Shown: piece after piece, positions 7,835 to 15,716 of the stretch | How the letters are laid out: every line of letters begins with the position of its first letter | Numbering within the stretch: position 1 is the stretch's first letter | Source of the DNA: Candidatus Limnocylindria bacterium | Lineage (GTDB): Bacteria > Chloroflexota > Limnocylindria > P2-11E | Direction of reading: 5' to 3' | NCBI GenBank assembly: GCA_036389995.1 | Contig: DASWCR010000228.1 | Coordinates: 1 to 39,422, forward strand | DNA: 39,422 nucleotides | Notes under the pieces: generated by a model | Told to the model about the DNA's origin: nothing | What the model saw: only the letters and a program-made list of their open reading frames with translations | Database searches by the model: none | Program-made: the position numbers and the translations under genes

Positions 7835-9109
7835 GTGAAGGCTAATGCGGCGGTGATCGACCACACCCAGCGCGATCCGTGGGAGGTCGCGCTCGAGCAG
7901 TTCAGCATCGCGGCGGACAGGCTCCATCTCGATCCGAACATGCGGCGCATCCTCAGCACCACGCAGCGCGAGCTCACCGTGCACTTCCCCGTGCGGATGG
8001 CCGACGGAGTCGTCCAGGTCTTCACGGGCTACCGCATCCAGCACAACACCACTCGCGGTCCCGGGAAGGGCGGCATCCGTTACCACCCGTCGGTGTCGTT
8101 GAACGAGGTCAAGGCGCTCGCGATGTGGATGACGTGGAAATGCGCCGTCGTCGGCATCCCCTACGGCGGCGCGAAGGGCGGCGTCGTCTGCGATCCAAAA
8201 GGCATGAGCGCGCAGCAGCTCGAGACGCTCACCCGCCGCTACACGACCGAGATCGAGCTCCTCATCGGTCCGGACCGCGACATTCCTGCTCCCGACGTGA
8301 ACACGAACGCCCAGACGATGGCCTGGATCATGGACACGTACTCGATGCATCATGGCTATACGGCCCTGGCCGTCGTGACCGGGAAGCCGCTCTCCATCGG
8401 CGGAAGCGAAGGCCGCAACGAAGCGACGGCGCGCGGTGCCGTCTACACGATCATCGAGGCCGCCAAGCACCTGAACATGGATCTCGAGGGCGCGCGCGTG
8501 GTGGTCCAGGGGTTCGGCAACGCAGGCAGCTTCTCGGCGAAGCTCATGGCTGAGCTCGGCGCCGTGATCGTCGGTCTCTCGGACACGAGTGGGGCGATCG
8601 CGAACCCGAAGGGTCTCGACCCGAATCGCGTCGACGCGTACAAGAGAGAGACGGGCTCGGTGACCGGGTTTACCGGGGCGGAGCGGATCTCGAACGCCCA
8701 GCTCCTCGAGCTCGACTGCGACATCCTCATTCCGGCCGCGATCGAGAACCAGATCGGCGAGCACAACGCGCCGCGGATCAAGGCGAAGGTCATCGCCGAG
8801 GCCGCGAACGGGCCGACGAGCCCCGAAGCTGACCGCATCCTTTTCGACAAGGGTGTCTTCCTCATCCCCGACATCCTCTGCAATGCCGGCGGCGTGACCG
8901 TGAGCTACTTCGAGTGGGTGCAGGATCTGCAAAACCTCTTCTGGCGCGAGGCCACGATCAACGCGCGCCTCAAAGAGGTGATGGTGAAGTCCTTCAATGA
9001 CGTTTTGGAGACCTCGAAGAAGCACAAGGTCGACATGCGAACCGCGGCGTACATGGTCGCGGTCGGACGCGTCGCCGAGGCGACGCTTACGCGAGGGATA
9101 TACCCCTGA
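7835..9109 (+). CDS. gdhA: NAD(P)-dependent glutamate dehydrogenase
   Basis: 424 aa. GPGKGGIRYHPSVSLNEVKALAMWMTWKCAVVGIPYGGAKGGV is the Glu/Leu/Phe/Val dehydrogenase active-site block. Rossmann motif VVVQGFGNAGS. GGAGG RBS upstream of the GTG start. Confidence 0.95.
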   Translation: MKANAAVIDHTQRDPWEVALEQFSIAADRLHLDPNMRRILSTTQRELTVHFPVRMADGVVQVFTGYRIQHNTTRGPGKGGIRYHPSVSLNEVKALAMWMTWKCAVVGIPYGGAKGGVVCDPKGMSAQQLETLTRRYTTEIELLIGPDRDIPAPDVNTNAQTMAWIMDTYSMHHGYTALAVVTGKPLSIGGSEGRNEATARGAVYTIIEAAKHLNMDLEGARVVVQGFGNAGSFSAKLMAELGAVIVGLSDTSGAIANPKGLDPNRVDAYKRETGSVTGFTGAERISNAQLLELDCDILIPAAIENQIGEHNAPRIKAKVIAEAANGPTSPEADRILFDKGVFLIPDILCNAGGVTVSYFEWVQDLQNLFWREATINARLKEVMVKSFNDVLETSKKHKVDMRTAAYMVAVGRVAEATLTRGIYP

Positions 9110-9113
9110 TCGT

Positions 9114-10247
9114 CTAGCGGAACGAGATCGGCGCGGCGAGCAGCGAGCCGGACATCGGAAGCGGCGCGGTGCGGCCGGTCGCAAGGTCGACCGCCATCGC
9201 GTTCGCTCCGCCGTCGAACGCGACGAAGGCGAGCGCTCCGTCGGAGCTAACGAGAAGGTCGCTTGCGGTCGGTAACCCTCGCGCGACGACCCGGCGAGCG
9301 CCCCCTGCCTTGGGCCAGATCTCGAGACGGTCCGCGACCAGAACGACGATCTCATCGGTGCCGGGCTTCCAGTGTGCGAACCCGATGCGCTCGCCCGACG
9401 GCGCTCCGAATTCGCGATGGTCGTTGTATGACGCGAGGGTCCAGACGCGGAGGACGCTCCCGTTCAGCACGCCGAGCACGTCGTTGCCGCTCGCGCGGAT
9501 CGTTATGGCGGGGATGCCCGCCTCCATCGGGACCCGCGAGCTCAACGCGTCCTCTCCGACCACGACCCACGCGATCCCCGTGGCATCCGGCCCCCCGTAA
9601 ACGCACGCGCCGACAAGACGCGTGACACGATCCCATCCGACCGGCCAGTACTGGCTCCCGTCGGTGAGTCGGGAGATCTCGTGGATCGATCGCGTCGGGG
9701 TGTCCACAACGCGAAGCGCCGAGAACGGCCCCGGCGCCTCCCCGGTCCCGGCTCGTCCGCTCGATTCCACGACCGCGACAATGCCGGTCCGATCAGACGA
9801 CCAGACCGCGGCCGCGCCGCGTTCGGTGTCGAGGACGGTCGCGAGAGTCGTGTCCTGGTCCGGCGCGGTGACGTCGAACACCCGCAGCTCGCTCGCGGCC
9901 CCATCGGCCGTCCTCGATACCCAGTAGGCGACGCGCCTGCCCGTTCCCGACACCGCCCCGACGAAGCCCTGACCGCGTAGCGAGCCGATCGGAGCGGCAT
10001 CGGTCTCGCGGCGAAGGTCGGCGGCCGCGGCTTTTCCCGGCAGCGCGACGAACCCGCGCGAATCCGAAAGGAGGGGGCCAGCGGGAGTCGCCGGGGCCGT
10101 GACGGTGGGGAGCGGTAGGGGCGTGGGAGTCGGTGCCGATTCTCCGCGCAGGGCGACCGAACCGCCCGCGAGGACAGCGAGCAGGACGATCAGGAGGAGG
10201 ACGGTGCCGATCCAAAACAAGACCGGGTGGGCGTCTTTGCCACGCAC
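9114..10247 (-). CDS. membrane-anchored hypothetical protein, probably a TolB/PD40-like beta-propeller
   Basis: 377 aa. N-terminal TM (VLFWIGTVLLLIVLLAVLAGG), a Pro/Thr linker, then repeated strand-like units (GRRVAYWVSRTADGAASELRVFDV..., DRTGIVAVVES..., GTDEIVVLVADRLEIW..., SSDGALAFVAFDGG...). The fold assignment is inference. Confidence 0.5.
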   Translation of the reverse strand: MRGKDAHPVLFWIGTVLLLIVLLAVLAGGSVALRGESAPTPTPLPLPTVTAPATPAGPLLSDSRGFVALPGKAAAADLRRETDAAPIGSLRGQGFVGAVSGTGRRVAYWVSRTADGAASELRVFDVTAPDQDTTLATVLDTERGAAAVWSSDRTGIVAVVESSGRAGTGEAPGPFSALRVVDTPTRSIHEISRLTDGSQYWPVGWDRVTRLVGACVYGGPDATGIAWVVVGEDALSSRVPMEAGIPAITIRASGNDVLGVLNGSVLRVWTLASYNDHREFGAPSGERIGFAHWKPGTDEIVVLVADRLEIWPKAGGARRVVARGLPTASDLLVSSDGALAFVAFDGGANAMAVDLATGRTAPLPMSGSLLAAPISFR

Positions 10248-10353
10248 TAACCACCGCTCGCCCGCACGGTCGGTGCCAGCGGCTAAAGTTGCGCTCGCGC
10301 GCCCAAGCGGCGCGACGAGTTACCGCCCCACCAGGCGGCTAGATCGGCGAGCC

Positions 10354-13098
10354 GTGGACCGTATCCTGGTCGCGGTCGACCTCGAGACAACGGGCTACGA
10401 GGCGGAGAGCGACGAGATCATCGAGATCGGCGCGATCCGCTTGACCGTGTCTCCGGAAGGCGCGGTGACGCTTGGCGAGCGGTTTCTGACGTTCGCGGAT
10501 CCGGGTCGCCCGCTGACACCGCCGATCGTGCGACTCACGGGCATTCAGGACGAGGATTTGCTTGGCGCTCCGTCGTCGTCCGAGGCGGTCGCTTTATTCG
10601 TGGCGTTCGCGTTCCGTGACGGCCCGCCCTGTTTCGTGGGCCACAACGTGGGTTTCGACGTCTCCTTCTTGGAGCGCGCCGGGATGAGCACCGGGTCGGA
10701 GATGCTCGACACCGCTGAGCTCGCGTCGATCCTGTTGCCGTCCGCGTCGAGCTACGCATTGCAGCGGCTGGCAGCCGACGCCGCGATCAGCCCCGAAGCC
10801 GCGCACCGCGCACTCGATGACGCGATCACGTCCGCGCTCGTCCTCGGCCATCTCGCGCGCGTCGCCCGCGAGCTACCCGCCGACATTCTTGGCGAGATCG
10901 CCGCCTTGACTGACCTCATCGGTCCGAGCACCGCGGAGTTCTTCCGCGACGCGGCGGGCTCGGCGACCCGCGATGCTTGGACCGACGGCGGCGAGCACCG
11001 CGGGGGTCTTCCTCGCTCGGCCCCTCGTGGGATCGCGATGTTCGGCTCGCTAGGGGCCGCTCGCTCGGAAGACCCCCACGTTGCTCGCGAATCACCGATC
11101 TCCGTCGAGTCCGTGTTCGCGCCGGACGGTCCGCTCGCGCGCTCGGTGATCGGATATGAGGATCGTCCCCAGCAGCGCGAGCTCGCTGCCGCCATCGAGC
11201 GGACATTCGCGGATGGCGGCGCGCTCGTGGCCGAGGCTGGCACGGGCGTCGGCAAGTCGATGGCGTATGCGGTCCCGGCTCTCGCATCGGCTCAGATTGG
11301 AGAACGCGTAATCATCTCAACGCACACGCTCCCGCTGCAGGACCAGCTCGTGCGGAAGGATCTCCCCGCGCTGCAAACCGCGCTGGGCACCGACGTCGCG
11401 GTCGCCGTGCTTAAAGGCAGATCGAACTATCTCTGCCCACGCAGATGGCAGATCCTGCGCGGGTCGGTCACGACCCGCGAAGAGGCGCGTCTCGTCTGCA
11501 AGACGCTCGTCTGGCGCACAGCGACGGACAGCGGCGATCGCGCCGAGCTGAACCTCATGAGAGGAGAGGGCGAGCTCTGGTCGCGAATCTCGGCGAACGA
11601 CGAATCGTGCGATCAGCGGCGCTGCAAGCGGACGCCCGGCGTGAACTGCTACCTGCAGCAGGCACGCGAGGCAGCGGCTGACGCCGGCATCGTCGTGGTG
11701 AACCACGCGCTTCTTCTCCAGGACGCGCGGATGCGCGGCGCCCTCCTTCCGCAGGCCGAGCACGTTGTCATCGATGAGGCGCACCGGCTCGAAGATGTAG
11801 CGACCGATGCCTTCGGGCTCGAGCTCTACGAGCCGCGCTTCCGTCGCGATCTGCAGCGCGTCGCGCATTCCCCGGCGGTCACCTCGGCGCTGCGAGATCC
11901 TGCGCGCGCGGAGCCCGCTGAGCGCATCCGCACCGAGATCGAGCGCGCGGTTGAACGCACGACCGAAGTGTTCGATGCGCTCGGCGCGCTCCTGGTGCCG
12001 GCGGACGGCCCGCCCGAGGAGCGCATGCGGATCACCGCGGGCCTGCGCGCGAGTGACGAGCGCTGGCTCCCCGTCGAGCTCGCCGGCGAGCGGCTCGCGG
12101 ACGCGATCGCCGGGGTCGCGTTCGCGGCGGAACGGATCCGGAACCTCGGCGGAGACGAAGACGAGCTCGCCGAGCTCGAGGCGGCGATGGGTGAGCTGGC
12201 CGGCGCACGCGCGGCGATCACGCGCGGGCTGCACGATCCCCGTTTGAGCGACATCGTGTGGCTCGAACGCGACAACGACGGCGCCCTCGCGCTGCACGTC
12301 GCGCAGACCCACCTCGGTCGGGTGATCCGAACGACGATCGTGAACACGCATCGCGCGGTCGTGTTCACGTCGGCGACCCTGGCGGTCGCGGGCTCATTCG
12401 ACTTCGCTCTCGATCGCTTCGGCATCGCGGACGTCGCCGAGCCGCTCGCGGTCGGCTCGCCCTTCGACCACCAGCGGCAGGCACTCCTTGTGCTGCCGAC
12501 CGACATCGTGCTTCCGGGCGAGGAACGATTCATCGAGGAGGCGGCCCGGCTCATCGAAGATGTGGCGCGGGCGCTCGATGGACGAACGCTCGTGCTCTTC
12601 ACGTCACACGCGAGCCTGCGCGACGCGGCCGCGCGCCTCGGTGCGCTCGAAACCGAGGGCCTCGCCGTACTGACCCAGGGCATCGACGGATCGCGCCGCG
12701 CGCTCCTCGAGCGCTTCGCCCAGGGCCGCGCGGTGCTCCTCGGTACGCAATCGTTCTGGGAGGGCGTCGATCTGCCCGGCGACGTCCTGCGATGCGTCGT
12801 GATCGCCCGGCTCCCCTTCAGCGTGCCCGACGATCCGCTCGTCCAGGGGCGCGCCGAGCGCTATGACGACCCTTTCGTACAGTTCCAGCTGCCGCAGGCG
12901 GCACTGCGGCTGCGCCAGGGCTTCGGCCGGCTGATCCGCACCAAGACCGACTACGGCGCCGTCGTGCTCCTCGACCGCCGTGTCGTGACGAGGGACTACG
13001 GCGAGGTGCTGCTCGGCTCGCTGCCCGATGCGCGCACCGAGCATTTGCCACTCGACGGCGTAGCCGCCCGCGTGTCGGCGTGGTGTGACCGTGGATGA
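10354..13098 (+). CDS. dinG: DinG-family ATP-dependent DNA helicase fused to an N-terminal DnaQ/epsilon-like 3'-5' exonuclease domain
   Basis: Track ORF 10099..13098; start moved to GTG 10354 to clear the divergent gene. Exo motifs: VAVDLETTG, GHNVGFDVSFL, HRALDDA. Helicase motifs: AEAGTGVGKS (Walker A), VIDEAHRLED (DEAH). Cys cluster: NYLCPRR ... SCDQRRCKRTPGVNCY. C-terminal block: SFWEGVDLPG. Confidence 0.9.
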   Translation: MDRILVAVDLETTGYEAESDEIIEIGAIRLTVSPEGAVTLGERFLTFADPGRPLTPPIVRLTGIQDEDLLGAPSSSEAVALFVAFAFRDGPPCFVGHNVGFDVSFLERAGMSTGSEMLDTAELASILLPSASSYALQRLAADAAISPEAAHRALDDAITSALVLGHLARVARELPADILGEIAALTDLIGPSTAEFFRDAAGSATRDAWTDGGEHRGGLPRSAPRGIAMFGSLGAARSEDPHVARESPISVESVFAPDGPLARSVIGYEDRPQQRELAAAIERTFADGGALVAEAGTGVGKSMAYAVPALASAQIGERVIISTHTLPLQDQLVRKDLPALQTALGTDVAVAVLKGRSNYLCPRRWQILRGSVTTREEARLVCKTLVWRTATDSGDRAELNLMRGEGELWSRISANDESCDQRRCKRTPGVNCYLQQAREAAADAGIVVVNHALLLQDARMRGALLPQAEHVVIDEAHRLEDVATDAFGLELYEPRFRRDLQRVAHSPAVTSALRDPARAEPAERIRTEIERAVERTTEVFDALGALLVPADGPPEERMRITAGLRASDERWLPVELAGERLADAIAGVAFAAERIRNLGGDEDELAELEAAMGELAGARAAITRGLHDPRLSDIVWLERDNDGALALHVAQTHLGRVIRTTIVNTHRAVVFTSATLAVAGSFDFALDRFGIADVAEPLAVGSPFDHQRQALLVLPTDIVLPGEERFIEEAARLIEDVARALDGRTLVLFTSHASLRDAAARLGALETEGLAVLTQGIDGSRRALLERFAQGRAVLLGTQSFWEGVDLPGDVLRCVVIARLPFSVPDDPLVQGRAERYDDPFVQFQLPQAALRLRQGFGRLIRTKTDYGAVVLLDRRVVTRDYGEVLLGSLPDARTEHLPLDGVAARVSAWCDRG

Positions 13099-13423
13099 CC
13101 GCTCGATGAGAGACCTCGACATGTGGCTCGCCGGCATTTCGCGCGACCAGGCGGCCAGATCTTCGGATGTTCGCTGAAGCAACTGCGGGATGCTGTGGCC
13201 GCGACACTTGGCGCGGATGCCGTCAAACCCACCCGGCCCTGGACTCCCCTGGAGGCGCTGCGGGACCGCGTTCGCCGTTGCGGGCACCTCGATTTCCACT
13301 AGGTATCACTCAAACGGGGGAGTACCGCCGGGGGACTGGTGGCGCTCCGGAACGCTCCTATTCTTGCTTCACGTCGGCTGGTAGTCCTCCAGCCAAACAT
13401 GGAAGAAAGGAGGGACTTGAAAA

Positions 13424-13576
13424 GTGCTCGCATTCTTCCGTGACGACGAAGGCCAGGGATTGGTGGAATACGCACTCATCATTGCTGTCATCGCCATCGC
13501 TGTCATCGTCGCCATGATCTTCCTGCGCGGTCAGCTCCAGAACATCTTCAGCAACATCGGCAACAACCTCACCTAG
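13424..13576 (+). CDS. flp: Flp/Fap family type IVb pilin prepilin (50 aa)
   Basis: Too short for the ORF track. Own translation: (V/M)LAFFRDDEGQGLVEYALIIAVIAIAVIVAMIFLRGQLQNIFSNIGNNLT*. It has the Flp motif G-x-x-x-x-EY followed by a ~20-residue hydrophobic helix. AGGAGG lies 9 nt upstream of GTG 13424, an in-frame TGA immediately precedes the start, and a strong terminator follows. Confidence 0.8.
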   Translation: MLAFFRDDEGQGLVEYALIIAVIAIAVIVAMIFLRGQLQNIFSNIGNNLT

Positions 13577-13598
13577 TACGCCCTCTGCTGGATATGTC

Positions 13599-13635
13599 GA
13601 TCGGCCCGGCGAAAGCCGGGCCGATCTCTTTGTGT
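13599..13635 (+). terminator. rho-independent terminator of flp
   Basis: Perfect 12-bp stem GATCGGCCCGGC / GCCGGGCCGATC (13599-13610 / 13615-13626) with a GAAA tetraloop, followed by TCTTTGTGT. Confidence 0.8.
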
Positions 13636-13815
13636 CAGACGAGTCGCCGCTCGCGTGAAGTACCAACGATCAGCGGCGGATCGCGAGGTACGTCCGTACT
13701 GGCCGTAACGGGAAATCAGCCGCACAACGCTGCGCAACCGGACGTGACAGACCCGAACAAGCGAGCGTTAGGTGTTTAGGCGCCGCTAAACGACGGGCGT
13801 GCGCGGGAGGAAATC

Positions 13816-14250
13816 TTGTTCGGGAAGTCGCTCGCGATTATTGCACTCATCTTCTCTTTCGCATTCCTCGTTCTCGGCAGCACCGAAGCGTTCGCGGCCG
13901 CTCACAACGGTGGCGGCGGTCACAAGTCGGTGCCGACTGGCAACCTCAGCCTCGTTCTGCTGAATTCGACCGACGGCCTTGCGCACTGGGGTCACCAAGT
14001 GACCTTCACCGTGTCGACGACGGCGACCACCGAGCCGCACGTCGGCCTCAAGTGCTCGCAGAACGGCGTAGTGGTCTACGCGGCCCAGAGCGGTTACTAC
14101 GCAAGCTATCCATGGCCGTGGACGCAGGTCATGACCCTGTCGTCCTCCGCGTGGTCCGGCGGGTCGGCCGAGTGCGTCGCGGCCCTTTACTACTTCAGCG
14201 GCACGAATTCGGTGACACTCGCAACACTGAACTTCACCGCGTACCCGTAG
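13816..14250 (+). CDS. small secreted protein of unknown family, paralog A (144 aa precursor)
   Basis: TTG start with a GGGAGG RBS. Signal peptide MFGKSLAIIALIFSFAFLVLGSTEAFA. The mature part shares long identical blocks with paralog B (LNSTDGL.HWG.QVTFTVSTTATTEPHV.LKCSQNGV.VYA.Q.G.YA.Y.WPWTQVMTL.S.AW.GGSA.CVA.LYYFSG). Two conserved Cys. Confidence 0.75.
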   Translation: MFGKSLAIIALIFSFAFLVLGSTEAFAAAHNGGGGHKSVPTGNLSLVLLNSTDGLAHWGHQVTFTVSTTATTEPHVGLKCSQNGVVVYAAQSGYYASYPWPWTQVMTLSSSAWSGGSAECVAALYYFSGTNSVTLATLNFTAYP

Positions 14251-14284
14251 CCGTCTCCGGTCGCCCGCGCTAGCCGTAAGTCGC

Positions 14285-14320
14285 AAGGGGCCCCGGCAAC
14301 AGAGCCGGGGCCTCTTTTCG
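14285..14320 (+). terminator. rho-independent terminator of paralog A
   Basis: AAGGGGCCCCGGC-aacaga-GCCGGGGCCTCTT stem-loop followed by TTTCG. The stem core GGCCCCGGC/GCCGGGGCC is the same as in the terminator after paralog B. Confidence 0.65.
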
Positions 14321-14360
14321 TCTCGCCTGACGCGGCGGGTGTAACTCAGTCGGGACGTCG

Positions 14361-15041
14361 GTGAAGCCGTCCCCCAGCGTATCGACTCATAGACTGCGTC
14401 CCGTGCGAGGACGACATGACAGCATGTTGACGGCGCGATCGCTGGCCGGCCTAACTCCGGAAGATCAGCGGATTGTCCGTTCTGTCGAGGCGCTCTATGG
14501 ACCGCCGCGCTGGGATCGAGGCGACTGGCAGACGGAGCCCCGTATCGCGCGCTCCCGGATAAAGATCGTCGCGCGGCCGCTCGGGCCGCTGGTCCTTAAG
14601 ACGCTCCTCATGACCATCGTCGCGTTTTTCGCCTGGGTTACGTTCCTCGGTGGAGCGGCATCGCTGCGAAGCGCGGCTTCGTTTGCGCTGTCGGCCGCGG
14701 GCCTGGTGCGGCCCAACGAAGCCGCGTCGGTCAGCGCGGAATACCTTTTGGCCGTTCGGACCGTCGCCGATGCAGGCACTCTCGCGCCGACCGATCCGAT
14801 TGTCCTCAGGCTCAAAGCTCTTCTGGACGAGCTGTCTCCCAAGTGCCAGGAAGATCGGTACGTGGTGGCGGAGGCCGTCATCGCGGCACACGATGCGCTC
14901 GCCACACGCGGTCTCGAGGCATCATCCGTTTCGATCCTCGTTGCGGCGAATGCGACCCTCTCGGAGCGGACGCGTCGCTCGTGGCCGACGAGTTGTGGTG
15001 ACGTGATCCAACGGATGGGTGCCGGTACTCCGGCGCACTAG
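14361..15041 (+). CDS. hypothetical membrane protein
   Basis: 226-aa ORF (GTG 14361; alternative ATG 14424). Hydrophobic segment PLGPLVLKTLLMTIVAFFAWVTFLGGAA followed by an Ala-rich helical domain. No recognisable family. Lies between the two paralog cassettes. Confidence 0.5.
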   Translation: MKPSPSVSTHRLRPVRGRHDSMLTARSLAGLTPEDQRIVRSVEALYGPPRWDRGDWQTEPRIARSRIKIVARPLGPLVLKTLLMTIVAFFAWVTFLGGAASLRSAASFALSAAGLVRPNEAASVSAEYLLAVRTVADAGTLAPTDPIVLRLKALLDELSPKCQEDRYVVAEAVIAAHDALATRGLEASSVSILVAANATLSERTRRSWPTSCGDVIQRMGAGTPAH

Positions 15042-15152
15042 CCCCGTACCCGCGTACTAGTTCCGCTGCTGTAGGTCAGGGGCCAACCCTGCGGAGGTTC
15101 CTATTCCCAGAACGGGTGATCCGCGGGAACGTTAGCCATGGATGAACAACGT

Positions 15153-15173
15153 TTCTGTGTGGAGAACACAGAA
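15153..15173. promoter_or_regulatory. inverted repeat TTCTGTGT-N5-ACACAGAA upstream of paralog B (candidate operator)
   Basis: Perfect 8-bp arms (15153-15160 / 15166-15173), about 27 nt upstream of ATG 15200, in a visibly lower-GC spacer. The regulatory role is inferred. Confidence 0.3.
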
Positions 15174-15199
15174 CGGTCGCGTAAGGAGGTGATCGCGCG

Positions 15200-15631
15200 A
15201 TGTTCAACAAGGCGCTCGCATCGATCCTTGCACTCTTCTTCATGGCATCCCTCGTCCTCGTCTCTGCGAGCGTGTCCGCTGACGCAAAGGGCCATAAGGC
15301 CAACAGCAGCGTCACCGGCAGCGGCTTTACCCTCGTCGTGCTCAACTCGACGGACGGTCTCCCGCATTGGGGTGGCCAGGTGACGTTTACCGTCTCGACG
15401 ACTGCGACAACCGAGCCGCACGTGAGCCTCAAGTGCTCGCAGAACGGGGTCCTGGTCTACGCGACCCAGACCGGCTTCTACGCTGGCTATCTGTGGCCGT
15501 GGACGCAGGTCATGACCCTCACATCGGTCGCATGGACCGGTGGGTCGGCCGACTGCGTCGCGACCCTCTACTACTTCAGCGGCGCAGACGTTGTCTCGGT
15601 CGGAACGCTGAGCTTCACCGCGCAGCCATAG
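15200..15631 (+). CDS. small secreted protein of unknown family, paralog B (143 aa precursor)
   Basis: ATG with an AAGGAGG RBS. Signal peptide MFNKALASILALFFMASLVLVSASVSA. The mature region is collinear with paralog A. Confidence 0.75.
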   Translation: MFNKALASILALFFMASLVLVSASVSADAKGHKANSSVTGSGFTLVVLNSTDGLPHWGGQVTFTVSTTATTEPHVSLKCSQNGVLVYATQTGFYAGYLWPWTQVMTLTSVAWTGGSADCVATLYYFSGADVVSVGTLSFTAQP

Positions 15632-15658
15632 TCTAAGGTCGCCCTGATCGCTGACAGC

Positions 15659-15695
15659 AAGAGGCCCCGGCTCGAGCCGGGGCCTCTTCTTTCAC
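15659..15695. terminator. bidirectional rho-independent terminator between paralog B (+) and the large exoprotein gene (-)
   Basis: Perfect palindrome AAGAGGCCCCGGCTC/GAGCCGGGGCCTCTT (15659-15688) followed by CTTTC on the + strand. It sits between convergent stops at 15631 and 15717. Confidence 0.7.
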
Positions 15696-15716
15696 TCTCT
15701 AGACGAGCCGTTCAGA

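Noticed and set aside
7808-9355. 515-aa ORF antisense to glutamate dehydrogenase
   Set aside because: It fully overlaps the unmistakable gdh CDS on the opposite strand. It is a low-complexity Arg/Asp/Leu-rich product, an antisense open frame caused by GC3 bias.
10099-10353. 85-codon N-terminal extension of the DinG ORF
   Set aside because: It overlaps the 5' end of the opposite-strand gene (9114-10247) and is Arg/Pro-rich. The exonuclease motif I starts right after GTG 10354.
12604-13299. 231-aa minus-strand ORF beginning in the dinG-flp spacer
   Set aside because: About 500 nt of it is antisense to the dinG 3' end. The ~67 codons outside dinG show no RBS or recognisable motif. It could hide a small gene, but that cannot be supported from the sequence alone.
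15138-15383. 81-aa ORF starting upstream of paralog B
   Set aside because: It is out of frame with the well-supported secreted-protein gene it overlaps, has no RBS, and has a Ser/Arg-rich product.
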